A stretch of 64,000 bases of DNA, from positions 123,579 to 187,578 of the forward strand of contig DSAB01000121.1 in NCBI GenBank assembly GCA_011388275.1, read 5' to 3'. Source of the DNA: a bacterium. GTDB taxonomy: Bacteria; Zhuqueibacterota; QNDG01; DSAB01. Position numbers and translations under genes: made by a program. The notes beneath the pieces were generated by a model. That model worked only from the letters and a program-made list of their open reading frames with translations, made no database searches and was not told the DNA's origin. Shown one piece after another: positions 47,205 through 54,992 of this stretch (the first letter of the stretch is position 1; each line of letters opens with the position of its first letter).

Positions 47205-48125
47205 ATGGCAAAAATCAAGGTGATCGTCAACCCGGCGGCAGATCGGGGCAACGCGGGCCTGGCCGTTCCCGACGCGGAAGCGTGCCTGAAAAAGGCGGGT
47301 CTGACCTTTGAGATCGTCAGGACCGAGCGGCCTCTGCATGCCGTGGAACTGGCCCAGGATGCCGTGCGCCAGGGGTTTGAAATTGTTGTGAGTATGGGAG
47401 GAGACGGAACGGTGAACGAAGTCCTCAACGGATTGGTTCTCGCCAGACAGAAGGGCCTGGGAGAAGCCGCGCTGGGCGTGCTGGGTGTCGGCCGGGGAAA
47501 CGATTTCGCCTTTGGTGTCAATATTCCTTCCGGTCTGGAGAACGGATGTGCGGTTCTGGCGGCCGGACGCCGAAGACGAATCGATATCGGCAGGGTGCGG
47601 GCGGACGACGACATGCATGGCCGGTATTTCGGCAACGGAATCGGAATCGGTTTTGATACGGTCGTGGGGTTCGAAGCGGCCAAAATGACCCGGCTACATG
47701 GTTTTTTAAGCTATCTGGTGGCGGCTTTGAAGACCTTGTTTCTGTACTATATTCCGCCCCGCGTACGGATCGTGTTCGACGAAGTCAGTCTCGAACAGCC
47801 GGCCTTGATGATCTCCATCATGAACGGCCGGAGAATGGGTGGAGGTTTCATGATGGCCCCGGAAGGGATTCCGGATGATGGAAAATTCGACGTCTGCTGT
47901 GTCAGCTGGGCCAACCGGTTCCGGCTTTTGGCACTGATGTTGAACTTTATGAATGGAACCCAGGCGGGCAAAAAGCCGGTTCGTTTTGAGCGGTCGCGCC
48001 GCATCGAGGTGACGGCGCTGGATGGATCGCTGCCCGTCCATGCCGACGGAGAGACCTTGTGTGTGGAGGGCAAACGCCTTCAGGTTGAGCTTCTTCCCGG
48101 CGAACTGGAAGTTATCACCGGGTGA
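47205..48125 (+). CDS. diacylglycerol-kinase-catalytic-domain lipid kinase (YegS/BmrU-like)
   Basis: MAKIKVIVNPAADRGNAG...VSMGGDGTVNEVLNGL is the DAGK_cat GGDGT motif. 306 aa. AGGAG RBS. Confidence 0.75.
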   Translation: MAKIKVIVNPAADRGNAGLAVPDAEACLKKAGLTFEIVRTERPLHAVELAQDAVRQGFEIVVSMGGDGTVNEVLNGLVLARQKGLGEAALGVLGVGRGNDFAFGVNIPSGLENGCAVLAAGRRRRIDIGRVRADDDMHGRYFGNGIGIGFDTVVGFEAAKMTRLHGFLSYLVAALKTLFLYYIPPRVRIVFDEVSLEQPALMISIMNGRRMGGGFMMAPEGIPDDGKFDVCCVSWANRFRLLALMLNFMNGTQAGKKPVRFERSRRIEVTALDGSLPVHADGETLCVEGKRLQVELLPGELEVITG

Positions 48126-48131
48126 CATCGC

Positions 48132-48755
48132 ATGATACGTTCGTGGTGGCATATTCAGTCGGCGTTTTACAGGTTTCTTCGAAGGCTGCCCGGACCCGCG
48201 TTTTGCCTGGAGCAGGAAAGACGCTGCCTTCGGAATCTTCTGGATCAGGCGGAATTTAAGGAGGGCTTGGTTCTCGATATCGGAACCGGATCCGGATCCA
48301 CATTGAATCTGCTCGCCAAAGCGCCGCAAATCATCGCCCTGGATCGATGCGAAGCCATGTTGAGGAGAATCCGCGTTCAGGGCATTCTCCGGATCGCCGG
48401 AGATGCCGGGGCCCTCCCTTTGGCCGCAAATCTGTTTTCGTTTGTTTCCGTTATCGGTGTCACAGAGTACATGCCGGACTTGCAGCCGGTGATAGCGGAA
48501 ATACGGCGTGTTTCCCGGCCCGGGGCTTTCCTGCTGATCACGCGGTCTCCTCCCTGTTTGCTGAATCGACTCCGGATTGTGCTGGGGCATCGTCTCTTTT
48601 TGAGAAAAAAGGAGGTGTTCATATCCGCGCTGAATGCCTGCGGCTTCGAATACAGAGAACAAACCCGGTCGCTGATTCAGGAACAGTGTCTCTTTCGCCT
48701 GACGCCTTCGCATGATGATTCGGATCGATCCCGGTCCGGCCGGGAAGGATCATGA
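48132..48755 (+). CDS. class I SAM-dependent methyltransferase
   Basis: VLDIGTGSGSTLNLL motif I, 207 aa. Confidence 0.65.
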   Translation: MIRSWWHIQSAFYRFLRRLPGPAFCLEQERRCLRNLLDQAEFKEGLVLDIGTGSGSTLNLLAKAPQIIALDRCEAMLRRIRVQGILRIAGDAGALPLAANLFSFVSVIGVTEYMPDLQPVIAEIRRVSRPGAFLLITRSPPCLLNRLRIVLGHRLFLRKKEVFISALNACGFEYREQTRSLIQEQCLFRLTPSHDDSDRSRSGREGS

Positions 48756-48756
48756 C

Positions 48757-50403
48757 ATGATACGGTTTCCCGCTTTTCTGCCTTCAGGTTCACTCCGGTC
48801 CCGGGGACAGATCTCCTGCCTGTTCTTCGTCCTCCTGTTTTCTTTTCTGGAAGGGCAGGAACTGTCCGAAAGAGCGGTCCGCTACCGGCCGCAGGACTGG
48901 ATCACTTTCTCCTGCATGCGGGATGTGCATTCCATCGCCCTGGGACACGATGAAGTGTATTTCGGGACTTCCGGAGGCATCGCGCGCTCTCACCGGTTTC
49001 AGAATCGCTGGCTTTTTCCTTTTACGGTCAGCGACGGACTGGATGACAACGTGATTCGAATCGTGGATTATGATCATCAGACCGGTCTTTTATGGTGTTC
49101 GACTCGCAGGGGTCTGAATTTTTACCGTTCCGGTACCGAACAGTGGCGCCGGGTTTCCTATCGAACCATTCCGGTTGACGGCGTGGATCGAATCGGCAGC
49201 GGAGAAAGGGCCTTGTGGATTCAGAAGGGAGACGATATTTGGCAGGGAGACCCGTGGACGTTTTCTTTTTCTGTCTCGTCCTTTGAAAAAGCGGTTCAGG
49301 ACCGGGTTCAATGGGCTCGTACGCAACCCGGTGACCTGCCGGCCACACTCATTCTGGAAGGGGGATATCACTGGATCGAAAACCGGGTTCTGGATCCCTT
49401 GCTGCGGACCTTTCCGGTGACCGTGTCTGCGGCCGACCGTTTCGAGCGTATGTGGATCGGCACGGAGGGTCTGGGTGTCCTGGAGGTGGACACAGGAGTC
49501 TGGACGGGCAGGCCGATTTTTTTCGGACCCTGGACATCGCGAATCGACGCCATGGCCTGGAGTGACCGGGGACTCTGGATGGGCGGTGAAGATCCGAAAG
49601 GCGGCATCACCCATTGGGACCGGGAGCGGAATCAATGGACGACTTTTGAGGCCCGCGCTTTTCAGGGCTTGCTCAGTCACCGGGTTCGACAGATTCTTGA
49701 TGACGGCCGACGCGTGTGGTTCGCCACTCAGGAAGGCCTGGCTGTCTATCGAAAAGAGAGCGGCACATGGAGAACACTCACGGTGTTCGACAATCTGCCG
49801 GGCAATGATATTCTTTCGCTGGCCCATTCAGGAAACCATCTTTGGGTCGGTTCCTCGCACGGTCTGTCCAGGGTGGATGCATCCGAAAACGTGGAACCTG
49901 TCGAGGAAAAAGGGCTGACCTTTGTTCCCTTCTATTTTCTTGAATGCCGGGACAGTCTGCTGTGGGCCGGCACGGACCGCGGAATCGTGGAGTATCGGAT
50001 TCCATCGGGCCCCTGGCGGTGGTTGCAGGGTCACGCCGGAATCATGGCCCATAATATATACGTTGTTTCGGCTTTGGAAAACGAAGTGTGGTTCGGCACG
50101 GATGACGGAGTGGAGGTCCTTGACCGGGCGAAGAATACGTGGCGCGGTTTTCCCCGGGCGCACTATTTTCAAGGAGACTCCATCCGCACACTGCTGGCCG
50201 ATCATCAAACCATCTGGGTCGGCACACAAAATGGACTGATCAAGTATGTAAAATCCGAAAACCGATGGGTGCGTTATACGATCAATGACGGGCTGCCCGA
50301 CAATCGGGTTTCATGGCTGCTTCTGGACGGAGACTATTTATGGATCGGAACCCGGGGCGGCCTGGTCCGCTTTTTCTGGAACGCGCCCTACCGCATCGAT
50401 TGA
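48757..50403 (+). CDS. secreted beta-propeller protein with two-component-regulator-propeller (Reg_prop)-type repeats
   Basis: Signal peptide ...ISCLFFVLLFSFLEG. Repeated W-x-G-T/S-x-x-G-L blocks (LWCSTRRGLNFY, MWIGTEGLGVLE, VWFATQEGLAVY, LWVGSSHGLSRV, VWFGTDDGVEVL, IWVGTQNGLIKY, LWIGTRGGLVRF). No kinase or other output domain. Confidence 0.6.
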   Translation: MIRFPAFLPSGSLRSRGQISCLFFVLLFSFLEGQELSERAVRYRPQDWITFSCMRDVHSIALGHDEVYFGTSGGIARSHRFQNRWLFPFTVSDGLDDNVIRIVDYDHQTGLLWCSTRRGLNFYRSGTEQWRRVSYRTIPVDGVDRIGSGERALWIQKGDDIWQGDPWTFSFSVSSFEKAVQDRVQWARTQPGDLPATLILEGGYHWIENRVLDPLLRTFPVTVSAADRFERMWIGTEGLGVLEVDTGVWTGRPIFFGPWTSRIDAMAWSDRGLWMGGEDPKGGITHWDRERNQWTTFEARAFQGLLSHRVRQILDDGRRVWFATQEGLAVYRKESGTWRTLTVFDNLPGNDILSLAHSGNHLWVGSSHGLSRVDASENVEPVEEKGLTFVPFYFLECRDSLLWAGTDRGIVEYRIPSGPWRWLQGHAGIMAHNIYVVSALENEVWFGTDDGVEVLDRAKNTWRGFPRAHYFQGDSIRTLLADHQTIWVGTQNGLIKYVKSENRWVRYTINDGLPDNRVSWLLLDGDYLWIGTRGGLVRFFWNAPYRID

Positions 50404-50408
50404 ATCCT

Positions 50409-51632
50409 CTACCGCAGTTTGTTTTCCAGGGAATGCCATCGGATTCCATGCGGTCCGATATTTAGCAAGCCCGCGTTTTCTCCGTTGCCGGTCACCGTGC
50501 CGTCCGTGCGCAGCCATCCTCCGGTGTTGGCCAGGGGATAAATCAGATCTTCGATTATCACGTGGGTTCCGTCACCCGGATACTGTATGGGCTGATGCGT
50601 ATGGCCGAAGACAAAGGTAAAAGGCGTGGGAATATTGCCGTATCCGGGGTATTGGCGGGACTCAGTCGAACCGTGCCGGTACCGGTTCAGGATGTATTTC
50701 TGAATGTAGTGGCGAATATTCTCCTTCATTTTATCGTCGATGGAAACATTGAAAAGGCTGCTCTGTTTTTCAAAAGAAAATTTGCGGACCAGAGTCCGGA
50801 AGGTGTATCTTAGAAGCCAGGTCTGAGGCCAAAAAAGATTGAAGCCTTCCTTCAGCCTGTCCTGGACGGCGCTGATAACCTTGCGGGCCGTGAACCGTCC
50901 GACGATGCCGCCCTTCTCATAGCCTTTCAGCAGTTCACGTGCGCGGTCCGAAAGCTTGCCGGCGTGGCCGATGTGATAGTTGAACGCTTCCAGCCATATA
51001 TTATTAAAGGCTTCCAGCTCTTCCAGCAAAACCGGCTGAATAATGTGGTTCATGGGTTTGAACAGATCTTCCAGAAAATGACCATGGGTGAAAAGATAGC
51101 AGGCATTCCGATCCTTTTTGGATGGAACACGGGCAAGGTGGTGCGGATATTTCACGACCAGTTCCGGAACAGGAGTCTCTTTCGGCCAGAGATCTTCCAG
51201 TATCATGGGGAATGGACTGTCCTGGTCCCGATTGGAAAACCGTTCGTCAATAAAACAATAGGGATATTCAAGATGGCTGGGCGGGCTCATGCCGCGATGA
51301 ATCCGGCCGTTGATAAAGTGCAGTTCGCAGATGAAACGCCAGAAATGGTGGTCGTGGTTTCCGGGTATGAATACAACCCGTTTATAAGGGCCTGTCTCGG
51401 AGAGAATTTTAAAAAATTCTTTCAGGTCTCCATAAGTATCGTTGAGTCCGGCCATGGCCAAATCCAGAATGTCTCCGTTGAGAACCACTTCGTCCTGGGG
51501 TCCCAGTTCATCCAGCAGGGCACGAAAAGCGGCCCGGTTGTCCGGAAAAGCGGGGTGTTTGGAATGCAGGTAACCGGCTTCTGATCCCAGATGAATGTCC
51601 GAAAGGGCGATGGCGCGCCTGGCCCGGCTCAT
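50409..51632 (-). CDS. calcineurin-like metallophosphoesterase
   Basis: IALSDIHLGSE, VLNGDILD, FIPGNHDH, and downstream GHxH-type blocks (FTHGHF, VFGHTH). Start trimmed to the ATG preceded by AGGAG. Confidence 0.75.
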   Translation of the reverse strand: MSRARRAIALSDIHLGSEAGYLHSKHPAFPDNRAAFRALLDELGPQDEVVLNGDILDLAMAGLNDTYGDLKEFFKILSETGPYKRVVFIPGNHDHHFWRFICELHFINGRIHRGMSPPSHLEYPYCFIDERFSNRDQDSPFPMILEDLWPKETPVPELVVKYPHHLARVPSKKDRNACYLFTHGHFLEDLFKPMNHIIQPVLLEELEAFNNIWLEAFNYHIGHAGKLSDRARELLKGYEKGGIVGRFTARKVISAVQDRLKEGFNLFWPQTWLLRYTFRTLVRKFSFEKQSSLFNVSIDDKMKENIRHYIQKYILNRYRHGSTESRQYPGYGNIPTPFTFVFGHTHQPIQYPGDGTHVIIEDLIYPLANTGGWLRTDGTVTGNGENAGLLNIGPHGIRWHSLENKLR

Positions 51633-51663
51633 ACTCTGCTCCTGTCGTATTATGCGGAAAGAT

Positions 51664-52401
51664 TCAGGGGAATATTCTCTTGCCCTTGTCAAAACGGGCT
51701 ATCAGTTCAAATTCATGCTGAAAATACTCGGAATTGGCAAAATGGGCCGGCGTGGTCGCGTCAATATCGGTTCCCTGGAAACGTTTCCGCTTGCGGACCG
51801 GCCATCGGTCGGGATTCATCTCGCTAAAAAGCCAAAGCTCCTGATCGGGCTTTTCCTTCCGCAGTTGTTTTTGATACAGATGTTCAAACACGGCTCGTAC
51901 ACCGACACTGCAGACCATTTTCTTTTTACCGAAATCAAAAATACGGATGCGCTGTTGCCATTCATATCCCAGAAGACGGTTGACAACCCGATCGAGAAGC
52001 TGGCCGACATCGTACTCTTCGCCCACCAATTGCAGGGCGGTATTCCGCATAAAGGCAATGTCCTCATCATCGAGCCGGTGTATCCGCAGTCGATAGATGG
52101 AGATTCGGGTCATGCTGAAGTGGGTCAGGGGTTTCAGAATGGCCCGCGGAGGCTCCACCGAGAGGATGCTGTTCTCGTCGAAGAAAAGCATGTTGTGATC
52201 GTCTTTATAGAAACTTTTTCGGCCAAACAGACGCCGCTGATGAATGCGGATGGCTTTTACGGCCAAATTGTAATGAAAGGCCCACCAGGGGAATCGGTTG
52301 ACCTGATTGATGACGTCACCCGGTTGAAGGACCTGAAGAACGGCGTCAGCGGCCCGCTGAATCTTTTCCTTATTATAGGGGGGATACAGGTGAATGTTCA
52401 T
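51664..52401 (-). CDS. hypothetical protein, possibly YiiX/DUF830-like permuted papain-fold enzyme
   Basis: LQPGDVI ... HNMLFF ... KMVCSVGV in the order seen in the YiiX/YaeF (C92) family (L-x-PGD-I/V, His, then C-S-x-x-V). Weak, based on motif recall. Lies upstream of the metallophosphoesterase with a 31-nt gap. Confidence 0.4.
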   Translation of the reverse strand: MNIHLYPPYNKEKIQRAADAVLQVLQPGDVINQVNRFPWWAFHYNLAVKAIRIHQRRLFGRKSFYKDDHNMLFFDENSILSVEPPRAILKPLTHFSMTRISIYRLRIHRLDDEDIAFMRNTALQLVGEEYDVGQLLDRVVNRLLGYEWQQRIRIFDFGKKKMVCSVGVRAVFEHLYQKQLRKEKPDQELWLFSEMNPDRWPVRKRKRFQGTDIDATTPAHFANSEYFQHEFELIARFDKGKRIFP

Positions 52402-52591
52402 ACGCGGTTCCTGCTGTTTTCGGTGTGAGCGTACCCGGGAATTGATCCCGCTTTCGCACATCGGCTGTATGAGTAACGTAATGGTTTTTTTAATAAAGTC
52501 AAGAAGATTTTTATTCGAGTATTCCGCATCATGTCACTGTGGATGACGAAGAAAGGCAAGACACCGAAAATCAGCCGCTACGGCATACATC

Positions 52592-52620
52592 TTGACTTTA
52601 TGGGGTATTTCGGTTACATT
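52592..52620 (+). promoter_or_regulatory. promoter candidate for rarA (TTGACT-N17-TACATT), start codon 7 nt after the -10 (possible leaderless mRNA)
   Basis: atcTTGACTttatggggtatttcggtTACATTtgaatcaATG; same -10 hexamer and spacing to the ATG as the PNP candidate. Confidence 0.35.
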
Positions 52621-52627
52621 TGAATCA

Positions 52628-53974
52628 ATGGATTTATTTGAAAAAGAGACCGCTTCTCCGCCGGCCGACAAGCCTTTGGCTCCTCTGGCCGACCGGCTGA
52701 GACCCGAAACACTGGATGAATTCGTCGGGCAGGAACATCTGGTGGGCAAGGATCGCGTTCTCCGCAGGATGATCGAGGCTGACGAGCCCCGGTCCATGAT
52801 TCTGTGGGGACCTCCGGGTACAGGCAAAACATCTCTGGCCATGATCATCGCTCGAGAGACCCGCGCCGCCTTATTTGCCGTCAGCGCCGTTACGGCCGGT
52901 CTCGCCGATATTCGAAAAATGATGGAACAGGCGAGAATCAACCGACGAAACCTGAAACGAAGGACCATTCTCTTTATTGATGAAATTCACCGGTTCAATA
53001 AAGCCCAGCAGGACGCGCTCCTTCATTCGGTGGAAGACGGAACCGTGATCCTGATCGGCGCCACCACAGAGAATCCTTCCTTCGAGGTCATCGGCCCCCT
53101 TTTGTCCAGATGCCGGGTTTACAGGCTCAATCCGCTGGAGGAGCGGCATATAACGAGTCTTCTGAAGCGGGCCCTTGCCTCAGGCGAAATTCCGAAAGTC
53201 AAGGTTCCGGATGAGGTTGTCGGCGTGCTGGCCGGACTGGCCGGAGGCGACGGGCGGGCGGCTCTCAATGGTCTGGAGCTGTGCGTCCGGCTTCTTCCCA
53301 AAAATACCAATCCAAAGGTTCTGACCCTCGGAATGGTGAAAGAAGCCATGCAGCGGCAGATCATTTATGACAAGAACGGCGATTATCATTACGATATCAT
53401 CTCGGCATTTATCAAGAGCCTTCGGGGTTCGGATCCGGATGCCGCGGTGTTTTGGATGGCCCGCATGCTGGAGTCGGGCGAAGATCCTCTGTTCGTTGCG
53501 CGGCGCATGGTCATTCTGGCTTCGGAAGACATCGGCAACGCGGACCCCGACGCCCTGGTCCTGGCGAACGCGGCGTATCAGGCGGTTCATGCCGTGGGCA
53601 TGCCCGAGGCGCGTATCATCCTGGCACAGGCCGCCTGCTATCTTGCGTCTGCACCCAAGAGCAACGCGGCGTATATAGCGGTCGAAGAGGCCTTAAGGGA
53701 AGTGCGGGAACATGCGCCGGATCCGGTTCCCATGCACCTGCGCAACGCGCCTACTTCCCTGATGAAAAAAATGGGGTATGGCAGGGGATATCAATACGCG
53801 CATGATCATGCCGGCGGATTTATCAGAATGCAAAACCTTCCGCCGAGATTGAAAGACCGGATATTCTACCGGCCGGCAAGACGGGGGCGGGAAGAAGAGC
53901 TGAAAACCCGTCTGGAAAAATGGTGGCCAAAACGGCGAAAGCCGTCTTTTCCTGAAGCGGACAAAGAGGATTGA
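52628..53974 (+). CDS. rarA: replication-associated recombination protein A (AAA+ ATPase)
   Basis: LADRLRPETLDEFVGQEHLVG...ILWGPPGTGKTSLA (Walker A), ILFIDEIHRFNKAQQD (Walker B and sensor), and a C-terminal MgsA domain. The track start is a TTG inside the promoter; the first ATG is at 52628. Confidence 0.85.
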   Translation: MDLFEKETASPPADKPLAPLADRLRPETLDEFVGQEHLVGKDRVLRRMIEADEPRSMILWGPPGTGKTSLAMIIARETRAALFAVSAVTAGLADIRKMMEQARINRRNLKRRTILFIDEIHRFNKAQQDALLHSVEDGTVILIGATTENPSFEVIGPLLSRCRVYRLNPLEERHITSLLKRALASGEIPKVKVPDEVVGVLAGLAGGDGRAALNGLELCVRLLPKNTNPKVLTLGMVKEAMQRQIIYDKNGDYHYDIISAFIKSLRGSDPDAAVFWMARMLESGEDPLFVARRMVILASEDIGNADPDALVLANAAYQAVHAVGMPEARIILAQAACYLASAPKSNAAYIAVEEALREVREHAPDPVPMHLRNAPTSLMKKMGYGRGYQYAHDHAGGFIRMQNLPPRLKDRIFYRPARRGREEELKTRLEKWWPKRRKPSFPEADKED

Positions 53975-53977
53975 ACC

Positions 53978-54967
53978 ATGTCAGTCAAGAAATGCTTCGC
54001 CGGACTGGATCTGGGGGGAACCAATATCAAGGCCGGCCTGATAGCCGCTGCCGGTCCTGTTCAGAATGAAACGCAGATGCCGGTTCGGCTGAATCTCGGT
54101 GTCGACAGCGTGCTGGACCAAATGGCAGAAGCGATTCAGGACCTGTTGAGGAACAACAAATCCTGCCGGCTGGCCGGTGCGGGTGTGGGTGCGGCCGGAC
54201 TGGTCGACGTTTCCCGGGGTGTTTTATGGAATGCGCCGAACCTTCCCGGCTGGATCGAAGTTCCGGTTGCCTGCGGTCTGGAAAAACGTCTTGGCGTGCC
54301 GGTGGCCATGGACAATGACGCCAACGCCGCGGCTCTGGGGGAATATGCTTTCGGAGCGGGCCGAGGAGCCCGGAACATGCTGATGGTAACTCTGGGCACG
54401 GGAGTCGGAGGCGGGCTGATACTGGACGGCAGGCTTTTCCACGGCTCCGCGGATTCTGCCGGAGAGATCGGGCATACCATTATTCAGACCGACGGCCCGC
54501 TGTGCGGGTGCGGGAGGCGGGGTTGTGTCGAGGCTTTTGCCGGCGGAAACGCTCTGGTACGCAATTTTCGTGAACTTCTCGCCCAGGGGCATGACTCGAT
54601 CCTGAAAGGCCTTCCTGAAAAAAAGATAACTCCCCGTGATATTGGCGAGGCGGCGGATCAGGGAGACGAACCGGCCCGTCGAGTGCTTGCAAAAGCGGGG
54701 AAATATCTGGGTATCGCAATCGGTAATGCGGTCAATCTCCTGAATCTGGACCGCGTTGTCATCGGGGGGGGAGTCGCCAACGCCGGGGAGTGGATATTGA
54801 GTCCGGCCAGGGAGGCCCTGAACCGGACGGCTTTGACTGTGCCGGCCCGAAGCGTTCGAATCGTTTCGGCTCAAATGGGAGAAAAGGCGGGATGGATCGG
54901 TGCGGCTTATCTGGCGCAGCTGAGACGAAGTGAAACAAAAAGGAATTCAAATTCGTTCTCTCAATAA
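53978..54967 (+). CDS. ROK-family sugar kinase (glucokinase-like)
   Basis: FAGLDLGGTNIKAGLI N-terminal ATP motif, and HTIIQTDGPLCGCGRRGCVE (the ROK CxCGxxGC zinc motif). Confidence 0.8.
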   Translation: MSVKKCFAGLDLGGTNIKAGLIAAAGPVQNETQMPVRLNLGVDSVLDQMAEAIQDLLRNNKSCRLAGAGVGAAGLVDVSRGVLWNAPNLPGWIEVPVACGLEKRLGVPVAMDNDANAAALGEYAFGAGRGARNMLMVTLGTGVGGGLILDGRLFHGSADSAGEIGHTIIQTDGPLCGCGRRGCVEAFAGGNALVRNFRELLAQGHDSILKGLPEKKITPRDIGEAADQGDEPARRVLAKAGKYLGIAIGNAVNLLNLDRVVIGGGVANAGEWILSPAREALNRTALTVPARSVRIVSAQMGEKAGWIGAAYLAQLRRSETKRNSNSFSQ

Positions 54968-54992
54968 ACCAAACTCCGGAACCGACTCATTC

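Noticed and set aside
229-52592. Track ORF starts that are TTG or other alternative codons shown as M (for example 229, 28065, 46246, 52592)
   Set aside because: The ORF track extends to the first alternative start after a stop. In several cases the extension runs into the promoter (52592 is the T of TTGACT) or adds non-conserved residues. I trimmed to the first ATG with an RBS or conserved N-terminus where justified.
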